Positions 1-9,919 of a stretch of DNA of 64,000 nt are shown in pieces. Made by a program: the position numbers and the translations under genes. The notes under the pieces are model-generated. The model worked only from the letters and a program-made list of their open reading frames with translations, was not told the DNA's origin and made no database searches. Position 1 is the stretch's first letter, and each line of letters starts with the position of its first letter. The stretch lies in IMG/VR virus record IMGVR_UViG_3300005253_001115, positions 124,001 to 188,000 of that record; one strand, given 5' to 3'.

Positions 1-649
1 GAAGGTGCTCAACGTACTCTTCAACGTCCTCGATCTTCGTAAGGAGACGCCATTTCGAGGGCTTAGACCACTTATCTGCCTTCTTCTGAGCATCTGAGGT
101 GCCAAGAGCCAGTTGAATGTCGATTTTCCACTGGTCAAAGAAGCTCTGACGCTTCAAAATGTAAGCGGGATCGTGGATGCTAAAGATCTTACCCAATACT
201 GGGTGGTCATAATGCTGGCCACGCGCCTTGGCTATGTTAGGGGTCTCAGGGCACAGAGACTTTAGGACGCTCCCTAGGACAACTATCTTGGTGGGCTTCA
301 GGGTGTCGATGTCCGCCTTTAGGTGCGTCAGACACTCCTCAATGACTTCAGGAGCCAAAGCTGCTCCGGTTCCGGCTAGCTCATCCCAGTTACGAACAAG
401 CTCCGTGTAGGCCACTGAGACACCTCTGACGTTGAGGCGGCGCACAGTCTTTCGTAGGAGATCACCAGCCCTACCAGCAAATGGCAGGCCGCTCTCAGAC
501 TCAGCTCGGCCAGGACCTTCGCCCACGAAGAGAACGGTCTCGTCGGGGTTAGACTTGCCCTTGCGGAACTGTGTGGGAATAAGGGAGCAATCTGCGTATG
601 CAGAGCATTCCTTTCGCTCGCATGTGAAGTTCAGAATTCCTGAATCCAT
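1..649 (-). CDS. Family-4 uracil-DNA glycosylase-like domain, probably the N-terminus of a phage DNA polymerase (runs off the left edge)
   Basis: Not in the ORF track; translated by hand from ATG at 649: MDSGILNFTCERKECSAYADC...VLFVGEGPGRAESESGLPFAGRAGDLLR...YTELVRNW...EECLTHLKADIDTLKPTKIVVLG...SIHDPAYILK...WRLLTKIEDVEEYVEHL, open to position 1. GEGPG/PFxGxAG are family-4 UDG motifs; the continuation resembles a linker into a polymerase exonuclease domain. Confidence 0.8.
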   Translation of the reverse strand, partial: MDSGILNFTCERKECSAYADCSLIPTQFRKGKSNPDETVLFVGEGPGRAESESGLPFAGRAGDLLRKTVRRLNVRGVSVAYTELVRNWDELAGTGAALAPEVIEECLTHLKADIDTLKPTKIVVLGSVLKSLCPETPNIAKARGQHYDHPVLGKIFSIHDPAYILKRQSFFDQWKIDIQLALGTSDAQKKADKWSKPSKWRLLTKIEDVEEYVEHL

Positions 650-670
650 GCGACTTCTTTAGAGTAGCGG

Positions 671-1108
671 CTACTCCCAGAGGTACTTAACTACCACTGC
701 GTTGACGTTTGTCATGGACTTGCGCAGTGATAGGGGCAACATCCAGTAGAAGTCTTCACGCAACTTCGGTGTGATGATGACTGTTCCTTCATCACTTTCT
801 TCGTCGTACATCCCCGGGGAAAGCTTCTGCACTTCACCGACTTCTACGGGGCGGATGGGGGCCAGCACGAAAACACCTTGTGCCTTCGAGGGGCTCGTTT
901 CGCGAAGGATCTCTACCAGCCAGAAAGTTCCATCCTTCGGGGACTCGTCGGTAGGCTCCCACTTAGAGTCGATGACGCCGAGCTTACCCAAGGTGCGGGT
1001 AATCAAATGGTTGTGGATCTTAGGCTTGCCGCCGATCGTACCACCACCCTGAGGCTGGCCGTTGTTGAAGAACTTCACTACTGTTCGGATTCCGGTTACG
1101 GTTTTCAT
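671..1108 (-). CDS. Hypothetical protein
   Basis: ORF from MKTVTGIRT (ATG 1108), just downstream of the previous gene's stop; no recognisable motif. Confidence 0.6.
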   Translation of the reverse strand: MKTVTGIRTVVKFFNNGQPQGGGTIGGKPKIHNHLITRTLGKLGVIDSKWEPTDESPKDGTFWLVEILRETSPSKAQGVFVLAPIRPVEVGEVQKLSPGMYDEESDEGTVIITPKLREDFYWMLPLSLRKSMTNVNAVVVKYLWE

Positions 1109-1121
1109 AAATCTGTTTCTC

Positions 1122-2054
1122 TTATACAGGCAGGAAGTTAGAGGACGCACCCACAATTGAGATCTGCGCCTGCTTCCCGGGGTTAAGCTGTGTGGACACT
1201 TGTACGTAATACGGCCTGTTCTGGGCGAACTTCGTGGTGTCCACATTGAGGATTTGTACTTCTCGGAACTCAAACTGAGATGCCGTGTTGGTGATGCTAC
1301 CGTTGGATATAGCAGGGTATTCCGTACCCTCTTCGTCTACCAGAGATACCGTTACGTTACCGCCTAGTGGTACGTTTGCTTCGATGATGATCCGGTTAGG
1401 CGGCTGTAGCCTAGATACAAACGGGAACAGATGCTTGATCGTGTTAATGGAAGCGGACTGGTTATCCAGATCCATGTGAGCAGCTCCTACCTGACCGGAT
1501 TCGAAGGCCGCGACATTAAATACGTCTGTGGCGACTACAGCCCCCACTACGGGAGACTCAGAGCGGACGTAGATGCGAGGAACGAATGGAGGCACGATCG
1601 TATCGGCAGGGAACTCGGACGGGTTAGTAATTTGGAGCTTGGGAGCTTCGATGAACATATCCGGCTGTAGGGCGGTACCTGCACCGGTCCACCTAATCCA
1701 CCCAACAACAACCGTGTTAGGGATGGTGTCGAATCCAATCAAGCCCTCTCGGATTAGAAGGAGGGCGGGTACGCCACCCTGGACCTGCTGATTATTGTGC
1801 TCGTAGACTACAGTGTAGTCCGTGGGGTCCACGGGAAGCGTATCGCCCACGACTAGGTTGATCGTAGCATCTTCAATCAGTAGAAGCTCGTTGAGCATAA
1901 CCTTGTGGGGAGCGATATTCACGCTCTTGCCACCCAGGCCAACAGACATTTCTGCGCCTTCGAGTACCGCCGGTACGACGATAGATGTGGAAATCTCATT
2001 GATTCTCTGGGCGAGGACTGTATCCCCGAAGTTTACGTATCGTGTCTGTGCCAT
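1122..2054 (-). CDS. Putative virion structural (baseplate/fibre-associated) protein
   Basis: 310 aa, acidic and beta-rich; N-terminus (RYVNFGDTVLAQRINE...PAVLEG) resembles the N-termini of 9920-12139 and 12141-14951. Confidence 0.55.
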   Translation of the reverse strand: MAQTRYVNFGDTVLAQRINEISTSIVVPAVLEGAEMSVGLGGKSVNIAPHKVMLNELLLIEDATINLVVGDTLPVDPTDYTVVYEHNNQQVQGGVPALLLIREGLIGFDTIPNTVVVGWIRWTGAGTALQPDMFIEAPKLQITNPSEFPADTIVPPFVPRIYVRSESPVVGAVVATDVFNVAAFESGQVGAAHMDLDNQSASINTIKHLFPFVSRLQPPNRIIIEANVPLGGNVTVSLVDEEGTEYPAISNGSITNTASQFEFREVQILNVDTTKFAQNRPYYVQVSTQLNPGKQAQISIVGASSNFLPV

Positions 2055-2058
2055 AATG

Positions 2059-2655
2059 CTACTCCGTGCCGTATAGGCGGAACGTTCCTCGCTCGATGTT
2101 GTCAGAAGTCATAGAAAAGGTAATATTCTCGATTCGTCCGAACTGGAGAGTGGTTTGTCCCTTGTACATACCAAACCCGTCTATGCGAGCAAGCACTGAC
2201 GTGTCGCTCCACCCTGCGGCCTCAAACCCAATCCGAGGAAAGTCCGTAGCGTCCGTTCCTGGGTAAAGCCAGCAGGAATAGTTGAACGTCGAATTTGAAG
2301 CACTCCCGAAATTAGCGTTACCGGAACCTCCAGACATGATGATGGAATCGTCAGAGATATCTTCGTAAAGACTACCGTTATCGTTGGCGGCGTGTGCCTG
2401 ATACAGCCAAGTGTAGTCGCTGGCCCCAACCGGGAAGGTTCCGTTGACTCCGATTCGAGACTGTAGATCTACGTTGTTAGCAACCGAACTTAGTTGGTCG
2501 ATTTCAATCTGAAAGCGGTTGTAGGGTGTGGCCGGAAGAGTCAGCGTTACGGTACCCGTGGGGGAAACAACAGTCTGCGTCTCCAACAGCACCCTAGGTA
2601 CAATCCTATTTCCACTTGCGTCTCTCAAGTCGGGGTTCTGATGCCTAATAGTCAT
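2059..2655 (-). CDS. Putative tail-fibre-associated structural protein
   Basis: 198 aa, S/T/G/N-rich, C-terminal GTFRLYG as seen at the end of phage fibre tip domains; coupled to the upstream gene by a TAATG overlap. Confidence 0.5.
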   Translation of the reverse strand: MTIRHQNPDLRDASGNRIVPRVLLETQTVVSPTGTVTLTLPATPYNRFQIEIDQLSSVANNVDLQSRIGVNGTFPVGASDYTWLYQAHAANDNGSLYEDISDDSIIMSGGSGNANFGSASNSTFNYSCWLYPGTDATDFPRIGFEAAGWSDTSVLARIDGFGMYKGQTTLQFGRIENITFSMTSDNIERGTFRLYGTE

Positions 2656-5600
2656 TAGCTAGCTCCTACGATGACCGCTGTACCGGCCTCAGCCGGATTG
2701 AAGGTCATGGTTACAGTATTGGCATCAACAATATTTACGACAGGGAACTGGGCATCGCCTGATGTGTCGTATGCCGCCCAAGTAACGTCCGTGGTACCAA
2801 GATTGTGTGTAACAGTCCATACGGTGGACGTTGCGAAGGCTTGCGAGAAGACGTTGGTTGCGGGGCCTGTCGGACCCTGGATACCAACCCCTGTCGGGCC
2901 GACAGCTCCGTCAAGACCGTCCGCACCGGGATCACCAGTTGCTCCGTCCGAACCGGCGACTCCTGTCGGACCCTGACCGATGGGGCCAACACTGGTAGTG
3001 TCGGCCAAAGCAAAGTCCGTGAAGATACCGAACATCTCGAACTGTACCTTGTCGATAGGCTCGCCGAAGTCATGCTCGAATACTGCGAAGTTCGGGTTCT
3101 TGGAAATCAGCGCCATATCAGAGAAGCCCTTCCAGTTGCCCGGATCAGATTCCAGAGCAGCCTGTACACGCACTGAAGAGGCCAATAGAGGCTCTGGCGG
3201 GGTGCTTGCCGCGCCACCACTTACGTTCTCTGGGTTGTGCATGACAACAGCGATCTTCTCCACGTCTGCACCCTGTAGACCAACAGGGACACCCAAAGAC
3301 CGGGATCGGTACTTCTTCCGTACCGAGTCTAGATCGGCGGTACTGGCGGGAATTCGTGTACGAAGACCTTCCGAGAAAGCATCGGCCGACGTAGCGATGT
3401 AGCGGCCTGCACCGCCCAAGAAACCGGTGATGTCGATGGGCTCGGGAGCAGTATTTACGAAGATGCCTACAATCACGTTATTGGCCACACCACCCGCGTT
3501 TCGGGTAAGGTCCACAACCTCGTCTGTTCGTACACCCGTTACGCCGGAATCAAAGATAGGGTCAGCCAAAGTAACTACTATGTTGTCACCCGTGGTCTCG
3601 AAATCCGTTCCTGCGCCTACGTTAAATTCGCCATTGGCGGTGACAGCACTGCCGTCCGTTCCCCCGGCCATGCCGGAGGGGAACAGGGAGTAACCGGAGG
3701 ATACTGATTCCACGATGTTGTCGTTACCAGAATCGCCAAGAGCATCATTCACGATGTCTACTTGGTCTCCGGTTCCGATCGAAGCTGTAACCGCCAAAGA
3801 GGATGAAGAGATTGCAGAAATGATAGCTGCCTGTGTCTCAAAAGCCTGGGCGTCCTTACCCACGTTAACAGGAAGGTGCGTGATGTCAGACAGGGCACCG
3901 CCCCCTGTGTCAAACTCGAATACTTCGGTGTCGGTTCCGTCACCCAGAGTGAAGGTATCCTGATCGTTTAGTCCGATCTGACTATCAGAGACCTGAATGG
4001 TAGACGCAGGTGCCAGTGTATCGAAACCTAGAAGCGTGGCAAGAGAGCTATTTACTATGGTGAATGGGTTACTACCAACTGCCGTGATGCTAATGGCGCG
4101 TTGGGTGGTCACAGTCGTTATGTATTCGATGGCATTAGCAACACCGTTGATAAATAGCGAATTCGATGTCAGACCAGAAGCAATATCGGCTGCCAGAACC
4201 TCGGGGTCCTGCCATCCGTTGCCAGTAGACACCGAAATATTGTTACCGGTAGTCTGCTCGTTGATGGTGAGGTTGGTGGAACCAATAAGTATGTTGATGC
4301 CGAACTGCAAGGCAGTCAGAACGCCGCTGGCTGCTGCGGGGGTCTTGGCGATTAGGATCTTGCCATTGCCCAGGTCAATGGTATCGTTGTTGGATATCAG
4401 CTCGTTCTGCACGATAGTCAAGGAGCCCGTGGCCTCAGCCGGACCCTCGTCGCCCTCGAAAATGTCTCCGTAGCGAGGGCTGCGGAAGTCCTCGTATAGC
4501 CAAGCCCTAGCGCCCTGTCCTTCTGGGGTGCCCGTCCCGTTATAAATGGGGGTTCGGGGAAGATCAAGATCAAGAGATACAGGCCGCGCGTCGAGCACAT
4601 TCTCTACAGCGAGGCCATCCCAGAATACGTCAGCTAGGGGACACTTCTCCTTGAAAGTGTCGGTCACAGCCGCCTCTTGGTCGGCATATACGATAATGGT
4701 GGAGTCGTTTCCGTCGTTACTTCGTCCGCCTGTTGCCACACGAACCGTACTAAGCTCAGAGAACAAAGCCGTGGTGCGTTGGAACTGGTCGATGTTCTCG
4801 GCGGCAGCGGGGACGGGGGTGTCGCTCCAGTTGGCGAAGTTGAAAGTGAGATTCTCGCTCACAGCATTACCGTCAGCGTCGGTACCTGTGCATGTCAGGA
4901 TGATCTCCATGTTCGTTACGTCATTAGCACGAGTTAGTCCGATCTCAATGGGGGCAGAACCACGCATGGCGCGCGTGATTTGTAGATCGGCGCTGCCCAT
5001 GGCGTCCAGCTTGATGGGCGGTTGCAAGATCTGAGGAGTAGAAATCAGATCGCCTTCGCTATCAAGAAGAACCCGGAAATCTCGGGGAATGGGTCCAGAG
5101 CCGTCGAAAGAGATGATAGGGGTAGGAATGGATGACACTGCGATTCCATCGGCAACGACCAACTCACTGCCCGCAGGCTGCAAGAACACTAGGTCATTGG
5201 TTGCGGGATCTACTGGACCCTCACCAGCCTGTGCGAACATGTACTCTACCGTGATGCCCTCCGTGGGAATGGGCTCATTGGCGGGGATGACTAGGATGTT
5301 GGTATCCGGCACGAAATCCACAGAGATCTGTCGGGCAGGGTTGCCCACGGCGTAGGCGCTACCGATAGACAGTGGGAAGTGCTGTAGGGCTGCGTAGCTA
5401 GAGCCTGCTGCTCCGAACTGTGTGCTGCGACGTGTAACCGACCCAGAACCGTCCAAGTTGAAGCTAGCTGCTTCAATGTCCTCAGAGGTCTTAATGCCGG
5501 GGTAGCGGGGAACGGAAGAGTCCTTCGACAGAACCATACCATGCGCTACAGCCTGCTGGTACAGGGTGAGGCGACCAGCAGCGAGGTCGTTCAGGCTCGT

Positions 5601-6293
5601 TCCGTGGGGATTGGTATCTGTGGGGTCGGCCGTACCTACCTTGCTACGGTGCTCTATATCGACCGGGCTGAACCAAGGTCGGTTAGTGGGGAAGTTGTTT
5701 CCACCAAGGTCTATAGCCAGATCCAGACTTAGGTCAGCAAGCTGGTTTACCGTAACGTAAGACAGAATTACGATGTCCTTCAAGCGGTCCGGGCTAAATT
5801 GGGCGGCGTCGTTGAAGTTACCGAGAATGTCTACCTTGATGACCGTATCGTTGTCTGCGGGCCTCTGGTTTCGGACAGCAACGTCGATGTTGAATTTACT
5901 CACCCGGCGCTCAGCGCCTTCTTCGGTGAAGTATTCGATGAAGACGACGTTTACAGCGCCGACAGCCGTAGAGGCCAGTTCTAGGCTGGTGATCTTGTTT
6001 AGGAGCTTGACCCAATTACCGAAGGCTGTTACAGCCGTACCGGGAGTGACATCTACCCGGAGATCGTTGTCTGCCGCCACGGAGACGTTGAGGGGCCGGT
6101 CAATATCCGTAGTAGAGATATCCTGGGGATTAGTATCATCAACGATACCGAAGCGGCCGAGGCTGTTCTGGACGGCACCGATCTCTAGACGGGTGCGCTC
6201 CTGCATTTCCTGACCGTTGCTTGTCTGCTGAAACTCCAGGTCGTCGGTTGCAACGGGGGCTTGGAAGTTAGTTCCCGGAAGCTTAGCCACCAT
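2655..6293 (-). CDS. Large virion structural/tail fibre protein with collagen-like repeat
   Basis: 1212 aa, very acidic; G-X-Y run (GPTGVAGSDGATGDPGADGLDGAVGPTG) followed by a WTVTHNLG...IVDANTVTMTF C-terminal fibre-type domain; RBS AAGGAG upstream. Confidence 0.7.
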   Translation of the reverse strand: MVAKLPGTNFQAPVATDDLEFQQTSNGQEMQERTRLEIGAVQNSLGRFGIVDDTNPQDISTTDIDRPLNVSVAADNDLRVDVTPGTAVTAFGNWVKLLNKITSLELASTAVGAVNVVFIEYFTEEGAERRVSKFNIDVAVRNQRPADNDTVIKVDILGNFNDAAQFSPDRLKDIVILSYVTVNQLADLSLDLAIDLGGNNFPTNRPWFSPVDIEHRSKVGTADPTDTNPHGTSLNDLAAGRLTLYQQAVAHGMVLSKDSSVPRYPGIKTSEDIEAASFNLDGSGSVTRRSTQFGAAGSSYAALQHFPLSIGSAYAVGNPARQISVDFVPDTNILVIPANEPIPTEGITVEYMFAQAGEGPVDPATNDLVFLQPAGSELVVADGIAVSSIPTPIISFDGSGPIPRDFRVLLDSEGDLISTPQILQPPIKLDAMGSADLQITRAMRGSAPIEIGLTRANDVTNMEIILTCTGTDADGNAVSENLTFNFANWSDTPVPAAAENIDQFQRTTALFSELSTVRVATGGRSNDGNDSTIIVYADQEAAVTDTFKEKCPLADVFWDGLAVENVLDARPVSLDLDLPRTPIYNGTGTPEGQGARAWLYEDFRSPRYGDIFEGDEGPAEATGSLTIVQNELISNNDTIDLGNGKILIAKTPAAASGVLTALQFGINILIGSTNLTINEQTTGNNISVSTGNGWQDPEVLAADIASGLTSNSLFINGVANAIEYITTVTTQRAISITAVGSNPFTIVNSSLATLLGFDTLAPASTIQVSDSQIGLNDQDTFTLGDGTDTEVFEFDTGGGALSDITHLPVNVGKDAQAFETQAAIISAISSSSLAVTASIGTGDQVDIVNDALGDSGNDNIVESVSSGYSLFPSGMAGGTDGSAVTANGEFNVGAGTDFETTGDNIVVTLADPIFDSGVTGVRTDEVVDLTRNAGGVANNVIVGIFVNTAPEPIDITGFLGGAGRYIATSADAFSEGLRTRIPASTADLDSVRKKYRSRSLGVPVGLQGADVEKIAVVMHNPENVSGGAASTPPEPLLASSVRVQAALESDPGNWKGFSDMALISKNPNFAVFEHDFGEPIDKVQFEMFGIFTDFALADTTSVGPIGQGPTGVAGSDGATGDPGADGLDGAVGPTGVGIQGPTGPATNVFSQAFATSTVWTVTHNLGTTDVTWAAYDTSGDAQFPVVNIVDANTVTMTFNPAEAGTAVIVGAS
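2860..2990 (-). repeat. Collagen-like Gly-X-Y repeat
   Basis: GPIGQGPTGVAGSDGATGDPGADGLDGAVGPTGVGIQGPTGPA in the translation; approximate bounds. Confidence 0.85.
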
Positions 6294-6765
6294 GGGTGTT
6301 CTCCTTAATGCTGCTGCTGTGCTCTTCTAAATAGGCTACGGCAGATTCCAAAATCTCTCTATTGTCCCTGAAAGAACCGAGTCCCGTGTTGCAGCCTATG
6401 CAGAGCAAATCTCTAACTTGTCCCGTATCGTGGTTGTGGTCTACTGCCAAATTGTTACCGGAAAGGCAAGCATTTTTGCAAATCTTGCAGACCCCTCCTT
6501 GTCTTTCCAACATATCACCATATTCTTCTAAAGAAATACCAAACTTGGTTTTGAGATTGTATGCTCTTTGCTTTGTGGGTTCTACCTTCCATCCTCGCGC
6601 AGACTTACCATTTTTGTCTTTGTCAAGAAACTTTTTAGGATCTCTATCGTAACGTCTCTTTTCCCTAGCCCGTCGGCAAACTCGGCACATAGTGTGATTA
6701 ACCTGTCCCTTAGAGAGATAAGTATTTTCAGGCGTCCTGGGATGTCCGTTTCTGCAAGTCTTCAT
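6283..6765 (-). mobile_element. Free-standing endonuclease VII-type (HNH) homing endonuclease
   Basis: KFGISLEEYGDMLERQGGVCKIC...LAVDHNHDTGQVRDLLCIGCNTGLG...AYLE is the EndoVII signature; N-terminal CRNGH..CRVC zinc motif; visibly more AT-rich than its flanks; start taken at MKTCRNGH. Confidence 0.9.
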
Positions 6766-6769
6766 AGTA

Positions 6770-8197
6770 TCAAAGGAAAAGCATGCCACCGTCGAAACGG
6801 TTTGGCGTTCGATTGGAATCAAAACGCCCCTTGAGGCCCATGGCAAAATTCAAAAACATGGGCTTTTGGAACATGTTCGTTGCCTGCCATTGTGCGTCCC
6901 CAAAAACATCTGCTGTTATTCCGTAGATTAGAGAGAACGCCTGATTCTCGGTGGGAACCCAGTTCCCAAATTCCACTGTTGTCTCGGGCGTCCCGATCAC
7001 TACGATTTCAATCCTTTCTGTCGGCAAGTCATCGGTCGTCGTTCCAATGAGAACTTGCTGTGGGGTGACCGGCGGGAGTTCAAACTCTCGCCATTCGTTC
7101 GGGTAGAAGCGCACCTTCAAAGTGCAGGGTAGATTGGCCGCGACCGGGATGTTCCATTCTGTCCCCGGGGGCATGACCGGAATCATCTCCTGCGTCACCT
7201 GAAACTGCCCGAGGTCGTTACATAGAGATACTGCATTGATTTCTTGGGTGGTTCCGCGCTTCGAGAAAGTAATGGAACCGTCAGCCACCTGCCAAAGGCA
7301 GATAACATCTGCCATCACAGGCATTTCCGTGATTTGGAACTGCTTGTTGATTGGGAGCGGGGCGAGCCCGTCGTGGATGATCGGAGCACCCAGTTTGTCG
7401 AATACGGTGATCGACAACTGCTCATTTACATTATCACGGTCAAACAGCACGCCGGAGACGTAATCCAGCAAAAACGGACCGATATCGTCTAAAAAGCCAG
7501 GAACCAGGGGAATGAATACCTGATTGCTGAGGTAGCTGGGCTGGGCCTTGATGAAAAGGTTCGTGCCGCTTTCTTCGAGGTCCACGGTGAGGGGCTGCTC
7601 CAGCAGAATCTCATAGATCATGGTGAATTCGGTAGATCCGTCCGATATAGCGTCCAGAAAGCGCGCCCGTACCACCTTCACATCCAGAAGGCTCGTCAGA
7701 AGCCCTGGAGTCGTCTCTACGGAAAGATTGTCCCCTGCGAGGACGTGGTATCGGCTTCGGATGATAATCGACGTGGAGCCAGCAGGAGCGTCCAGGGCAG
7801 GCTCGATCGGCGTGGCGAACAGGTTCACGGTGTTCTCTGACGTGAAGTCGCCCAGAATCGGGTCCTGTAGGGTGATGAAATCGTCCCCGAAGTCCTTCAC
7901 GAGAGCAAATTCCTCGTCAGGTCCCAGAGACAGAACGGCACCGATCTCCAGCCACCGGCTGGGTCGATCCAAGATCAGCGTCTTGGTGTTTCTAGGAGCT
8001 GCTTCCTTGAGGCGGATTTCGTTGTCGGGGTTGATAATGGCAAAATCGGCTCCTGTCTTACGGGCGAACCTCACCTGTCCCTTTAGAAGCGGATCTGAAA
8101 AGATGGGAAAGCCTCGCGGCTGTACAATCACATTGCTATAGTGAGGAGAAATCCCACTAACGAGTTGGTTGTACCTTGTAAGACGACCTCTAGCCAT
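6770..8197 (-). CDS. Putative structural protein
   Basis: 475 aa ORF in the tail module; acidic and beta-rich; C-terminal RFDS..RFDG motif similar to the FDS repeats in the wedge protein. Confidence 0.5.
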   Translation of the reverse strand: MARGRLTRYNQLVSGISPHYSNVIVQPRGFPIFSDPLLKGQVRFARKTGADFAIINPDNEIRLKEAAPRNTKTLILDRPSRWLEIGAVLSLGPDEEFALVKDFGDDFITLQDPILGDFTSENTVNLFATPIEPALDAPAGSTSIIIRSRYHVLAGDNLSVETTPGLLTSLLDVKVVRARFLDAISDGSTEFTMIYEILLEQPLTVDLEESGTNLFIKAQPSYLSNQVFIPLVPGFLDDIGPFLLDYVSGVLFDRDNVNEQLSITVFDKLGAPIIHDGLAPLPINKQFQITEMPVMADVICLWQVADGSITFSKRGTTQEINAVSLCNDLGQFQVTQEMIPVMPPGTEWNIPVAANLPCTLKVRFYPNEWREFELPPVTPQQVLIGTTTDDLPTERIEIVVIGTPETTVEFGNWVPTENQAFSLIYGITADVFGDAQWQATNMFQKPMFLNFAMGLKGRFDSNRTPNRFDGGMLFL

Positions 8198-8670
8198 TAA
8201 CTACTACTCTCAATCTTCGATCGCACCAAGCCGATGCGATAGCCAATCGAATGGAGTTCCTCGTCCTGGGACAGCTTAGTTTCAGCCGCCTGCAAGAAGC
8301 GGGCTCCGGCTTCGGCCACATCTCGTGACATGGTTCCGTTGGGGTACAACACTGACCGCAGGCTCTGGGCCATGCTAGTCAGCACAGCCACCACAGCCTT
8401 CGAGTCCCGCTGTTCTAGAACGGCCTCGGTAAGCTCTGCAATCTCTTCCGCAGCCGACACAGCCAGATCCTCGATCGTAAGCTCGTCCATGTCCCCTACA
8501 GCGGCGTAGTTTTCGCGCACCACAGCAGCGAGGCTTTTGTTCCGGGGAAGAGCGCTGTCCGACGACATGATGAAAATGGCGGCGTCCACGTCTGCGCTAA
8601 TGTCCTGATTCTTTCCATCAAGATCATTCGCAAGGATTACCAGTTCTGAGAGAAGTGTGTTTATGTCCAT
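8197..8670 (-). CDS. Hypothetical helical protein
   Basis: 157 aa, coupled to both neighbours; N-terminal LVILANDLDGKNQDISADVD motif. Confidence 0.55.
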   Translation of the reverse strand: MDINTLLSELVILANDLDGKNQDISADVDAAIFIMSSDSALPRNKSLAAVVRENYAAVGDMDELTIEDLAVSAAEEIAELTEAVLEQRDSKAVVAVLTSMAQSLRSVLYPNGTMSRDVAEAGARFLQAAETKLSQDEELHSIGYRIGLVRSKIESSS

Positions 8671-8671
8671 A

Positions 8672-9904
8672 TTAGTATTGTGTAATCACTCTCGTCACGT
8701 AGACGCTCTTAGTGTTTTTGGCAACGATCGGGAAATGACCGACGGCGTATAGAATTCTATTTCCAATTTCCAAAGGGTTTACAGAGTCAGTGATGTCAGC
8801 GTAGATTCCAATTTCTCCGAAGCCAACGTTACCAACGTCCTGTGGGACGCGGCACACTAGAGACACGGCCTCTGCGTTGGGGCGCTCTATGTCTAGGAAG
8901 GCTTCTACGTCACTGGGCGCACCAGCAGGGAATGCGGCACTTTCTAGGGAGGGGCTAGCGCCTCCACCCAGGGACCCGGTTCCTGGTAGGACGTCGAAAT
9001 TGTTGATGCCTGTTCCGCCCGCATCGAACTCGACCAAAGTGTTCTCGTTGCCCGCAGTACCGGCAGCCAAAGCTGCGACGGTAACAACGGCATTCACAAC
9101 AGAAGCCCGCACCACGTTCTGGATCAGCGGGTTCGTAGAAGCATTGATAGCGTCAGCGAGGTTCTGCGCAGTATCTTCAACCGTGTCTCCGGGAACCCAA
9201 GTACCCGCACCAGGGCTAGCGGTTAGGATCTGATACGTAGTGGTGATGTCGGGAACCACTGTCCCGTCGCTTCCAGACTGGTCCCAGCTCTTACCAACGT
9301 CCGTTCCATCGGCAGGGTTCGGGGGCTGAGAAACAGGGAACAGGGCACCGTTGAAGTCCGTGATACCAATCTCGATGGTAGTTTGCGTGTTGGATACGAT
9401 CTCTTCATCCAGGCCCGCTAGGGTACCTGAGACGATACGCAAGCGTTGGCCAATGTGGGCGTTAATGGAGAGTCCCGTAGTGATTAAGGTACCACCTCCG
9501 CCTCCAAGGTTGTCCACCACCCCGTCATTGTAGCCGGAGGTAGGTCCACCAGCGTCCGTGCCTCCTCCCGAAGCTGTGCCGGTAGCTACAACTACGATGC
9601 CAACAGGGAAGTCCACCCCGTTGATCCTGATGTTGTCAGTAGTGTCGAAACGGTTATCCGTGATAGCTATTGTAGCGAGCGCCTGGGTAGTGGCGTCCGA
9701 GATAGAAGAAATCTGTAGAGGGTTGTCCAGCTTGTAGCCGCCGTCACCCATAGCGAATCCCGACAGCCGGAAAGACACGAGGGTGCGCAGGGGTTCGTTC
9801 CCAGTGAGCTGGGAACGGGCTATAATGGACCTAGCGAGCAGATTTCGACCCTCTAGGGTCAAAATAGCGATCGGGTCGTCTGTTTGTGACGGGAAAAACG
9901 GCAT
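8672..9904 (-). CDS. Tail-collar/fibre attachment protein (P2 gpH N-terminal/DUF3751-like) with a large internal insertion
   Basis: ILTLEGRNLLARS...FAMGDGG at the N-terminus and VCRVPQDVG..GFGEIGIYA...LYAVGHFP at the C-terminus flank an inserted G/T-rich region. Confidence 0.6.
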   Translation of the reverse strand: MPFFPSQTDDPIAILTLEGRNLLARSIIARSQLTGNEPLRTLVSFRLSGFAMGDGGYKLDNPLQISSISDATTQALATIAITDNRFDTTDNIRINGVDFPVGIVVVATGTASGGGTDAGGPTSGYNDGVVDNLGGGGGTLITTGLSINAHIGQRLRIVSGTLAGLDEEIVSNTQTTIEIGITDFNGALFPVSQPPNPADGTDVGKSWDQSGSDGTVVPDITTTYQILTASPGAGTWVPGDTVEDTAQNLADAINASTNPLIQNVVRASVVNAVVTVAALAAGTAGNENTLVEFDAGGTGINNFDVLPGTGSLGGGASPSLESAAFPAGAPSDVEAFLDIERPNAEAVSLVCRVPQDVGNVGFGEIGIYADITDSVNPLEIGNRILYAVGHFPIVAKNTKSVYVTRVITQY

Positions 9905-9919
9905 TTACTTTTCCACCTC

